This document shows positions 1-10,489 of a stretch of DNA of 64,000 bases, piece after piece (the stretch's first letter is position 1; each line of letters starts with the position of its first letter). Both the position numbers and the translations under genes were made by a program. Source of the stretch: Raillietiella orientalis (Eukaryota); assembly GCA_036172245.1 (NCBI GenBank), contig JAYWIR010000001.1, positions 11,532,001 to 11,596,000 of the forward strand. The letters are read 5' to 3'. Below the pieces are notes generated by a model. The model was not told the DNA's origin. It made no database searches and saw only the letters and a program-made list of their open reading frames with translations.

Positions 1-559
1 CGGTAAGCAGCACAGCCCCATGGCTGGCAGATCCCCCGACCTCGTGCACACGCGGCGACCCTCGGGAAAGCCCAGAAGGGGTGTGGCAGAACTCGTTGAG
101 TACAGCGCAAGAGGAAGCGGCGACCGGGATGGAACAGGGCGAGGGGCCCTCTGGTCCAGAGCGTCCCCGGGTGGTCCCAGTCCTCGAGTCTGCCGCTGAG
201 CGGAAAGAAACTGCAAGCGCGCTTCTCGCTGCTTCGGATGCGCCCGGCAGACCCCCCTTGGAAGCCCCCGCGCGTCTCCGCGCAGTCGCGAGGGGAGACG
301 ACCTGCCGAAGCGGTGCAGCCGAGCAAGAAAGCGGGGAGGAGACCCAACGCCCCAGAAGGTAAAAACAAAACCTGAGAAGACCGACGAACAAAAGTATGA
401 CCGCGGCGGCGGCCCGCGAAACCCTTGGGGTCAACCTCGTACGCCGACTGGCAAAGGGAGAGGGAGGAGGGGGAAGAACGAAAGGAAGGAACAAGAGAGG
501 AAGAGCGCTCTCCGCGGAGACACCGGAAAGTCGCTTCCTAGCGGCGGTGACCTTGAACG

Positions 560-1690
560 AGCGTTCGCGCGACCGATGCCGCGGCAGGAAATGCGATCGT
601 CGGGGTGGTCGATATCGCCTCGAGCGATTGCGGGCCCCCCGCGAACGGTAGCACCTGGTTGCAGGAAGCCGTTCGCACTTGGGCGCAGCACGAGCCACGC
701 TCGGAACAGGAACAGCGCTCTCTGCACTGCTTTTACAACAGCTGCTCGCTACGGGAGATCCTGGAACACCCATTGAAGAGTGCATGGGCAGGAAGAACCT
801 CCCTCTCCACAGCGCTGCTCTCCTCAGGGAACACACGGGCAGCAGCCTTGAGGCGAGATGGGAGGTTAGTGTGGAATTCTCCGCCAGAAGGAAATGACTG
901 GGTGAGTGGACGACGGGCCAGCTCGTGGAGGCTGCGACCCCCAGTGCTTCCCTCCCACGAGGACTTTTGAGCTGTGACGAGCTACTGCGTATTCCTGAGG
1001 AAGACTCGCAGTGGCCCCCAATGCTTCTGGACACGCACACCCTCCCCCTAAAGTGGCAGCAGTCGGCATTTCTGGTGTTGCACTGGGACCTCCCCGACAA
1101 CGCCCGCTGCTCCCAGTGGACCCGGGCGGCTGTGTATCCCAACTATTGCAGGTGCGAGGAACGGGAATTCCTCTCGCACCTGCTTGTAGACTGTGTGCAC
1201 CCCGGCCCCTGTCGTTGCGTAACGCAACGACCCTTGGGGCATCAAAGACAATCCCAGGGACGTCTTGAAGCGCCTCCTCGTGCGCGATGCCCTTTCACCT
1301 GCGGCATCCCTATGCTGCCTACTAGGGATTGTGGTGACCTGGAGCTATGCGAGAGGAGGACGGCGCTCTGGTGACGCCAGCTGCTTCGCCCTGCATTTCC
1401 TGAGGATGACAACTAGATGACTCCACTTGGGACATGCTCAGAAGGAACTTGCCGGCATCCTGGAAAGGATGCAGAGAACGCCCTCCAGCGGACAGCGATC
1501 TCTTCCCGTGCACCCCAGAATCTTTTTTTATTGCTTTTATTTATTCTCACTTCTGTTTGCCTCTCTCCCTCCGCCGCCGAGGTGAACCTCGCCGGCCTTC
1601 GTGCCGGTTACGCGGCAGGTTCCGAGCATGCTCTGACAATGTAGGGCTGATGGCCCTACATCTGTATGTTTATTATTTTTTATAATAAAC
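560..1690 (+). mobile_element. Degenerate Tx1/L1-clade non-LTR retrotransposon, 3' part of ORF2 plus 3' UTR
   Basis: ORF 925-1374 has a zf-RVT-like motif (LPDNARC...NYCRCEEREFLSHLLVDC). A T-rich 3' UTR and AATAAA (1684-1689) follow. Frameshifted. 600-980 is visibly homologous to 4250-4620 on the minus strand. Confidence 0.7.
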
Positions 1691-1699
1691 GTCCCGCAG

Positions 1700-2185
1700 T
1701 GACCGGGTGATAAACCAACTGTGCCAGGTGCGGGGAGTTCGAATCACTCATCCAGCCCAGGACTGTGCTGTCCTCCGGCCCCTGTGGGAACTCTTCGCCG
1801 CCACCCCAGGAACCCCCGACGGCAACTCCAGGGACGTTCCGAAACCTCTCCTCGTTCGCGACGCCCTTCGACTCACAGCCTCGCTAGCAGTCCTGTGCTG
1901 TCGACGAGGGATCCTCGCTGCCTGGAGTGACGCAAGAGGAAGACACAGCGACAGGGGTGCCACATCCACTTAGCCGTTCGATCCGTGAGAATGCAACAAG
2001 ATGGTCCCGCCTGAAGGACAGTGTGCTGTAAGGGTTTGCCGTTATCCTCGAAAGTACGCAGACGACCGTCCCCAGCAGGAGTTGACCCCTTCCCACCCCC
2101 TCCCCAAATTTATGTATTTATTTTCATTTTTGTTGCTTTTTTTCTTTTTGTTTGGCCCCTCCCCTCTGCTGCCGTGGTGAACGTT
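1700..2185 (+). mobile_element. Second Tx1/L1 3'-end fragment in tandem
   Basis: From about 1720 the sequence translates CARCGEFESLI (zf-RVT-like). Its 3' UTR shares a T-rich tract and a CCCTCyGCyGCCGwGGTGAAC block with the upstream copy. Confidence 0.6.
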
Positions 2186-2639
2186 CTTTTGCTTTCTAAC
2201 TCGAGTCTAAGGATCACCTCCGTGCCGGGAAGTGCCATTTTGAGAGTTCTTGCTGTTCACCCTGCTAGTTTGCCTGCGACCTTCGCGAGCTCGGTGAAGG
2301 ACCCCCTAGTGATTTCGCATCTTCAGTTCAGGAGCGCTCTTGCTGCTTACGTTCCGGTAGAAGACCTGCCACCACTGAACCAGGGATTCTTGCAGGCGGC
2401 TTCGAATTTTTTGTGCAGCCACTGCAACCCTTTCTCCGGAATTCTTGGTCCTCGCTCTGCGATGCTCGTCGGTTCTCTCGAACACTCGTCGTGGGAGGCT
2501 GCAGTCCAGGCATCCGGAGATGGAGCCCACGCTCACTGTCGAATGTCTCAGCTCTTCGGCTAGCAATGAGCGCTGCTTTCTGAAGAGGACACGAAGGTGG
2601 GGCTTCGTTCGAAACCCCGAACGTTTCAATCACGTAAGA

Positions 2640-3745
2640 TCGTAAAAATAGGTACATATATTTCAGTGTATAAATTTATATAGAGACTATCATGAATTAG
2701 AAAGCTCATTATGTATACTAATATACGTATTCATGTAGAGATTGAAATCCAAATTTATTTTGACATTCATATTCATTAATAGTCATTAGCAAGAGTATAT
2801 GCTGATTACATATATTTGCATATAGATTGATATTTAGATAAGTATATATTAGAAAGATTATAAAACTCTTTAAAATTAAAAATCTATGTATTATATAGAT
2901 TATAATACTACATATCTTTTTATGTATATTAATATGCATACTGATATATAAGTTGGCATAAATACTAATATGTTTTCTCAGGTTAAAAAAAATATATGTA
3001 TGTGCTCCCCGTTTATGTACACGGGCACATATATTTATGTATAGATTAATAGACTAATGTGGAAATCTATTTTCACGTACATATTTATTGATATGATTGA
3101 GAATACGTATTAATGTATATTATTAATATACACAGTGAAGATTATTAACAAACATAAATGCTTATTATGTGCATTCATGCATATTTATAAATCAACTTAA
3201 TGAATTTATAAATATCGGTTGTTAAAACATGAGACATAATTATGGCAATTTAAAAACTGGAAAAAAATGAAGGAACAAACAAACAAGCAAATTAAAAGGA
3301 CAAAACAGAAATTTCGTATTTCGTTTTCCTGTCGTTTCCAACACCCAATAAGCGAAACCTCCTCAGGAAATGACGAATTCTATTTCCGGATGTTGATCGA
3401 TCGCTAAATGTATATGCATGTTTCTGATTCAGAATTTATATATTCATTTCATATACATCTATTATGTGTATAAGTGTGTATGATAAACATGTATAATTAT
3501 TTTTATAAACTTTAATTTATTTTTATTTACATAGAATCAATTGTGTGAGTAAATGGATTTGTGGATTAACTGGATTTGTGTATTAATGCATACACCAGTA
3601 TACACAAAACGCATATATATGTATCTTTTCTGATATTTATAATATACATATTTACATATAATACAATATGAGGATTAGAAATGAGTTGATCTGTATATAA
3701 ATTTCGATACAAAGATGTATATAATAAGCACGTGTATTTATTCTT
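2640..3745. other. Sharply bounded AT-rich block (possible non-autonomous insertion)
   Basis: Abrupt switch to very AT-rich, TA-rich sequence between GC-richer flanks. No credible ORF. Confidence 0.5.
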
Positions 3746-3989
3746 AAGGTCTTTCGGGATTTTGATCGCCAGCTATGCAGCTGTGGATCTCTTGAAGCCA
3801 CACGCGATGCTTTCGAATCTGCTTCTTTTCTGCCGCTGAACCACACCATCAGCTCGACTTTCCTTTCGGCCCAAGAGTGCACCTGAGGAACCCTTCGCAC
3901 TTCATCCCAGTGCTTTCACAGCAGGACTGGAAGAGCAGACAGCTGCTGCGCCGGACGGAAGAAATCTCGACAGCAGGAGGACACGAGAG

Positions 3990-5290
3990 CCGGATTAAGT
4001 GTACGAACGTCATGGACCACGTGAGCATGTTTGTCCTCCAGAACCCATGAGGCACCTCCGCTTTGTTCCTGGACCTGCGCGGACAGACCTCGTGTGCGAA
4101 CTGGAGTTTTCCGCCATTTGGGTGGTCACATTGTCGAAGGACTGTCTTTAGTACACACGAAGGAGAGCGCCACAGGGTGCGCGCAAGTTTTGCGGGAAGG
4201 ACAAGGGAGGAACAAGTGGCCTCGACTGACCGGGCCACTGCAGGTCTTCCTCCGGAATACCCAGTAGCACGCCCGGGCGCAAAAGTCCACGAGGTCGAGC
4301 ACTCGGGGTCGCCACGTCGGTGAGCTGGCCCGTCGTCCACTTGCCCAGTCTTTTTCTCCTCCCGCAGATTTCCACGGTAACCTCCCATCTCGTCGTGAGG
4401 CTGATGCCCATGGGTTCCCTCAGGGAGAGCAGCGCTGCGGTGAGGGAGGTTCTGCCCGCCCACGCACTCTTCACGGTATCTTCCAGGATCTCCCGGAGCG
4501 TGCAGTTGTTGTCACCGCGTACAGGAAACGTCGCACCTGTTCCGCACTTGGCCCCTGGGTCCTCGCCCACGTGCCAACGATTTCCTGCAACCAGGCACTA
4601 CCGTTCACGGGATGGGACGAGATCCATCCCGTGTTTATCCTCGCCAGCGTGGTCACCTGCTAAAGGTGCAGTCCGCAGTGGATGAGGCTGCGTGGACGTG
4701 AGTCCTGCGTTGCCAGTGGCTTGCTGAACGGGGAGGCGTGCAGGGACGCATCAGGTGGTGCTCCATAACTTCGCCACAAGGGCAGGAATCCTGAACTGGA
4801 GCTGAAGCTCCAGCCGCTCCGGCGTCAGGAGGCCGAGGCTAGTCGCGGAGTGCACAAGTCCTTCAAGCGGACTCGGGAGCTCCCTTTGCCCCAAAGGGCG
4901 ATCCTCAGGAGGTCCTTCGTCCTCTTCTTACTCCTCTGGTTTGGAGGGCAAACAAAAAACAGGGGGAACGCAGGAGAGGGGCCACCACGAAATGTTTCAC
5001 ACCGCGGCCTGTTCCGGCAGGTAAAACCTTCCACCTTGGAAAATAGGACCGATCGCCATCTGTTCTTTCTGGAGGTAGCTGGAACACGCCTCCGCAGGGA
5101 GATAATCCCCCAGCGGTGAGGACCGTTCGAGGGAGATGACGGTGTGCTCCGCTACAACCCCGCCCTGCGGGTGATCGTCGCTTCTTCCTGAGGAACACCT
5201 TCATCAGGAGGACGAAGCTGACGATGGGACACGCGTGCAACGCCCGGCACATCCTACAATGACACTCCTGAAAAAGGAGACAAGCACTCA
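3990..5290 (-). mobile_element. Degenerate Tx1/L1 ORF2 3' half, inverted relative to the 560-1690 copy
   Basis: LREILEDTVKSAWAGRTSLTAALLS matches LREILEHPLKSAWAGRTSLSTALLS of the first copy. Also zf-RVT-like LPAKLARTLWR...CPRRSRNKAEVPHGFW. Confidence 0.7.
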
Positions 5291-5599
5291 CGCGTGCGGG
5301 AGAGTATCATCTTGGGCTCCCCTGCGCTGTCTAAGGACAAAGTGTGCGTCTAGGTCGGTGTGATGTCCTGCCCGCGCGGGCCTTTGTGACTCTCAAGTGA
5401 CCCAACTGTCGCGAAAGTGACAGTGTGTATTTGTCGTGTGCATCACCCTTAAATAAATTCACTCCGCTGCGAGTCGGACTGAGGAAAAGGGGAAGTGGAC
5501 GCCAACCATGATGTGCACACGACCTCGTAGCGGTTCGTAGGACGGCGTGCTCATCGGTCGGGAAAAGAATCTTCACAGCTCAGAGGTCGCGAGGAAGTT

Positions 5600-7100
5600 C
5601 GTCTGCCTCTCGAGCCTGTCGGCGGGAAGAATCGGGAGTAAGAACGGGGAACGATGGCGGCGGTCTTAGCCGGACTTGCGGTGCTCCATGCAACCGTCCA
5701 AGGATCCTTGTGGCCGCCGTGGTAAATAGAGTTACGCAAATTGAGCCGCTGGCTACGCGGAGTGTCATGCCGAGGAATTATCCACGCGCAGAGGCGCATC
5801 CCGACGGACTGCTCTGGCACCTTGCGCGGGGCAGAGAGAGATGACGAGTGGAAGAGTCCATCGGGGGTCGAAGAGCCGCACTTTCGGCCCATCGGGTCGT
5901 TATCCGGGAGACGAAGCACAAGGAATAGTCTTCCACGCAGGACGCAGGGTGTACATGGCGCGTCTCCGACGGAGGGTCCGCACAGGTCCAGTTCTGCAGT
6001 CGCTGGTTGCACGAGATGCTGCGGGGCAGCAACAGCGCGGCGGTGTGCTGCCTGCGGAGCAGAAAGACGGTTTGTCGATGCGAGGAGTCCAACACCGCTG
6101 ATGAACCCGCCGGACGTGGTGGCTCTGAGAAGGCACACGTCGGCAGCCCTAGGCTGGACCATCAGCTTCCGCATACGACCGGCACGGTGGTCGAACCGAA
6201 AGCACGCTCTGTCGTCACCACTACGAGCAGCTGCTGCGTCAAGGACACCAAGCCGCGCGCGTGGGCGCTTCGCGCTGCATTGCCACGGGGTCTCTGCTTC
6301 GCGCCACTGCTCCAGGTGTTTAGGCAAACCGCTCTGACTCCCTGCAGGAGGACGGAGTCGAGGAAGCGTGGGAGTACATCCGCCGGCCTTCCACGTGTGC
6401 GGAGACAAGGGACTCGGAGCAGGACAGAAAGCCCTCTCGCCGTCTTCGTTCTTAGCGGACGTGCGAAGTTCGTGGCCACCAGGTGCACCGCTTTTCAGGC
6501 TTACCGCATTTCCGAAAACACCCGAAGTCCTTGCGGAAAATTCCGTCTGACTCGTGAGCGACGCCCAGAATGCAGTTTTTTCCCTGTTGAAATTCAACCT
6601 CCATCATCTGCGAGCTCGCGTTCCGGAGGAGGAAGCTTCGACAAGAGCACCGTTTCTTTTGCTTCCACTGCAGTCAGAGGCATGAAGAACGGAAAGGCGT
6701 TCACAGGATGGATGAGCGCTATAAGAGCGCAGCAAATAAGATGCCAGGAGGAGGAGGAGAAAGGGAAGCGGAGGAGGAGGAGGTCGGGAAGGGAAAGGGG
6801 AGGAGGAAGAGAAAAGGAAGCGCAGTCTTCGACCGACCTCCTACGCATTGCGATGCTCTCTGCAATGGCTGAAAAGAGCAGGTGCTCGTGTCGACCTTAC
6901 TTTTCAGGTAATGGGTCTGGAAACGTGGCATGTGCTGGGAAACAAAGGTCGAGTTTTCGGTGCGAAAGCTCAGGCTTCCAGCACATTCCTTTGGTGAGCA
7001 AGATGAGGATTTTGGGAAAGCTCTACCGACCTCTTCGATTACGAACGCAGCTTAACCGGAACATCGGATAGCAGAGACCATACACGCGCAAGAATAGGGG
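5600..7100 (+). mobile_element. Highly decayed CRE-like (RLE-type) non-LTR retrotransposon: RT plus Cys/His region
   Basis: Motif remnants in the expected order across frames: RNSLPR (~NAFNSxxR), SMRGVQH.DEP (~GVQQGDP), HTTGTVV (~DDGTLV), GLCFAP (~GLxLN), SRSGGG (~LPxRxGGLG), LRIAML...RCSC...GNG..NVAC (~CxCG..DxxGxHxxxC). Confidence 0.45.
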
Positions 7101-7199
7101 GCCCCACGACTGGAATCTTGTTTCATTCATAGCAGGACAGCACGAGAGTGTTTGTTGCTTGTAGGTTCATCTGTCAGCATCCATCATTAATCAGGGATA

Positions 7200-7560
7200 C
7201 AACAGCACAAAATGCTCTCTCCACGTTCAGAGTCGGCGCATTCGAGATCTTTTGCCACTTCTCGTTTTCTGCTCTCCGTAGGAATTTTATTTCACCAGAA
7301 GAAAGCAGTTCTCAAGTTCTAAGCTTGTACTCCCTGGGATCCCAGATCTTCTACTAAATACTTTTGTTATGCTACCAGCACACATCTTCGGATTGCACCC
7401 TAGTGCTCTCTCCGTAATGCCTTACTTCGAAGCAACCTTTGCGAACTTGAAACGCTTCGTTCTTAGATAGCAGTCACCACTGCTGGATTCAGTGCTCCTG
7501 AAAAATTATTACGCTATTACATTTCACAGCGTCCCATTCAAGGGCGATATGGAAAACGTG
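7200..7560 (-). mobile_element. Possible RTE-clade RT C-terminal remnant
   Basis: Minus-strand EIKFLRRAENEKWQKISN resembles the RTE EMKFLR...RDRIRN motif. Heavily decayed. Confidence 0.3.
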
Positions 7561-8847
7561 CTTTCAGACCGAAGGCAGTCACCTGGCACTCTGCTACAGT
7601 GAAGCATAGTAAGATTTACGCAAACGATTTCGCATGGGCTCGTTCACATCGGAGTCCAGCAAACACACACTAGACAAGGTTGTGGCCATAAGGGATTGCG
7701 GATTGCGTACATGGCAACGACTAGTTTCCATGAGAACTCTCCCTTTTCCTCGGCTGGTGCGTTAGCAATGACTACCTATATTCAACAAAGCCGAGTGCAA
7801 GTTCACAATGGGCAGCATCCCTTCCGCTCTGCTCCGTCTCCGAGGAACAGCCACCTCGCCGACTTTCCCTCCCGACAGGACGCGAAGGACGCTCCGGGAG
7901 GCGCTGCCGCGTCCGGAGAGGAGGCGGCGCAGGCGCAGACGAACCGGGCCGTGAACGAAGGGAAAGGGCGCAAGGTCGGTGGGGTGCGTTGCCTCCGGCC
8001 AGGGAAGGAGAAAGGGGTCGAGGGTGGGCGTTGAGGATCCGGGGGCGCTCCCTCACCCCTTTTCGAGGATGCGGGAAGCTTCCACAGGTCTCCCTCTCGT
8101 CCTCTATCGATCCGTATTGGCCAGGAAGGATGTCCAGGATACAACTCCTCTGCATCCCGACCTCCCGGAGGGCATTCCAGTGTCTCCTCGTTGAGTGGGC
8201 GTGGCTTCTTCTCCGAGGAAGGAAGGGGGGAGAAGAGGGAGATTTCTGTTGACGAGCGCTCCCGTGCATCGCCGCCTCTCCGGAGCGCCGCTCCGTAACG
8301 GCGGAACGCCGTCAGCGCGGCGCACCGCGCAGTCACGGACGAGCGCGTTCATGGTTCCGCGTAGCCTCAGAGATTCCTCTACTGCCGTCTAGCCCGTTTG
8401 CACCACCAGGAGGAGGCTGGGATCCCAGAAGCGCGCCGAAATCGTCGTGCTTTGCCCGCGGTCCAACGTCTCAGAAGGAGACAGACATGCAAAAAAAGGT
8501 GGGAGAAGCGAAGCGACTGAAACCATGCGCTGTTCTGGAAGTCCCTCCCCTTTATTTCCCTTCCCCTTCCCAGGTCCTCCTCAAACATCACCTATGCTTC
8601 TTCCCCTCCTGCCAACCAGGGAACAACACGCCATGCTCGCTCCACCTTAAGCATCAGCACACTCCTTGGGTGTTGGACCGCAGTCCAAGCACGAGGGCAC
8701 TTCCATGCCGATTCGATCCCTTATTCACAGTCGGGAATGGGTAAGTGCGTAATCCCACGGAGGATGGGATGCCGTAGGCACTGCACTGCAGTCGGTGTTG
8801 CAGACGTCTCCTTGTTTTCAAGCACAGTCCGTTGCTGAAAATTCGTG

Positions 8848-8886
8848 GGAGCAGGTAGCATGGTTTTTCACCATGCTACCTGCTCC
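8848..8886. repeat. Perfect 17-bp-stem hairpin
   Basis: GGAGCAGGTAGCATGGT-TTTTC-ACCATGCTACCTGCTCC. Confidence 0.95.
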
Positions 8887-9078
8887 TCCTCTCCCCATGA
8901 CCGGAATGAGTAGGACAAGTGGATCCGAGAGGCATGCGACCGCATCCACTCAGATAGAAAAATCTCAGAGATAGAGAAACTACGTTTAAGGAAATCAACA
9001 ACAATCTCTCTGTCCGGTCCATGGCATTTGAGCTTTACTATCGAGTTACCAGTCATTCTCATACTCTTCAGTTTCATC

Positions 9079-9507
9079 TCAGCTCAGTATGATCCAACAA
9101 AGCATTGCCATTGCAATCACCGCAGCGTTTTCTCGGTTTTCGTCGCTCTCGTCTTCTGTGTACTCAGTGAACCATGTCACGAATCTGCTTACTGACAACC
9201 CCAGTTCAAAGAATTTGGAATACAAATCTCTGACTGTTCTGAAGTTTCCAAAATCCAGCAGCGAGCGCTTAGCCCTGGTCACTCCCGGTATGCTTCCGAC
9301 GTCATCAGAAGAGAGTCCCGTTCTAACGAAATCCCAAAACTGCTGAGAACTGGAGATGGTGTCATTCCTGTGGGTCATCATTGTGGAATTGTATAGATTG
9401 TTGATTTCATTCAGTACGTTCCAGAAACGTTTTGCTAGCATACGTTGCCGCTCCTCATCAAGAAATACCACTGGACGTGGAAAATTTTCAGGTCGAACCA
9501 CAGACAT
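9079..9507 (-). CDS. Divergent barrier-to-autointegration factor (BAF/BANF)-like protein, intronless. 142 aa from ATG 9507, 100 aa from ATG 9381; the frame is open up to ATG 9783.
   Basis: SSSQQFWDFVRTGLSSDDVGSIPGVTRAKRSLLDFGNFRTVRDLYSKFFELGLSVSRFVTWF...LCW aligns without gaps to human BAF residues 2-66 (recalled sequence). Identities: S4, Q5, D9, F10, V11, V20, G21, S22, G25, L34, F39, F49, L52, F59, W62, plus W84 after a short acidic insertion. The stop falls where BAF ends. Confidence 0.75.
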   Translation of the reverse strand: MSVVRPENFPRPVVFLDEERQRMLAKRFWNVLNEINNLYNSTMMTHRNDTISSSQQFWDFVRTGLSSDDVGSIPGVTRAKRSLLDFGNFRTVRDLYSKFFELGLSVSRFVTWFTEYTEDESDENRENAAVIAMAMLCWIILS

Positions 9508-10489
9508 CACAAGAGGTTGAGGAAGAATGCAGAAACTTTCGATTCGCAGAATTCTTTCAAACGAAGACTCAGCGCTCCGTGAAAGTCTGGACAGAAATCC
9601 AAGGAGTGAGCACAGAAGACCTCGAAAGTAGTAAGACGGGAAAGTAAACGGTTGCCTCGGAAACGCGCTTCCCTTCCAACTTGCTTGTTGAAAGAACCAT
9701 GAAACAACAAAATTTCCACAGAAAGAACTTTTCCGATAATCTCTTAATGCCTTCATCAAGGTTCCAACCGATACCAATGCCATACATGTGATTCATTGAT
9801 CTCAACCTCAAGGCATCGCAGTTTCCAAACAGGGATGAGCTCAAAGTGGCTTCTCATTTCTGTGGTGCGCTTACAAGAAAACCCACAAAGAAACACAAAG
9901 TACAGAGCTGCAAACGGCATGTCGAATGTGCAAAACGTGGCAGCATTCATGAATTCATCGGCGTTCATCGTTCACGTGACACGTACCAAGAAGCACGATT
10001 CCTCACCTCATCCAAAAGGAATATCCATTCCGACTCTCGCTAATTTGGCAGATTCTCATCCACCTTCGCGACCTGTCGTTGCTGCCGCTTCTGCGCCGTG
10101 GGCACAAAAGCAGCAGATTGACAGTATCAAAATGTGAATGCTGCTGAAAGCAGGAGATGGCAGCCTCTTTGCGGTTTTTCGGCTCCTCCAGCTCCATGGT
10201 CTCCGGTCCTCCCTTCCTTTCTCAGCGGAAATTAAAAGGAGAGTTGCAATTTTCTGTGACTGCTGCAGACTTCAGTTGCTTTGTGTCCTGCAGGGCTCAC
10301 CAGCATTCTGCACAGCATGGGAGGCTGCTGTCATACAGGTGAGGATACAGGAAAGTGGACAAAGGGTGCCTAGAAGATCTTTTTCACCAAGAGAGACCTA
10401 AGAAGCACTTCAGCCTCTGCTGATATGCTTGGCTCTTCTATCAAAGTGTCAACCAGAAAGCGGAAACCATGGATGCTTGCGCAATCTGC

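Noticed and set aside
1639-1661. Hammerhead ribozyme (CTGATG)
   Set aside because: CTGATG sits in a hairpin loop, and the CUGAUGA/GAAA core geometry is absent.
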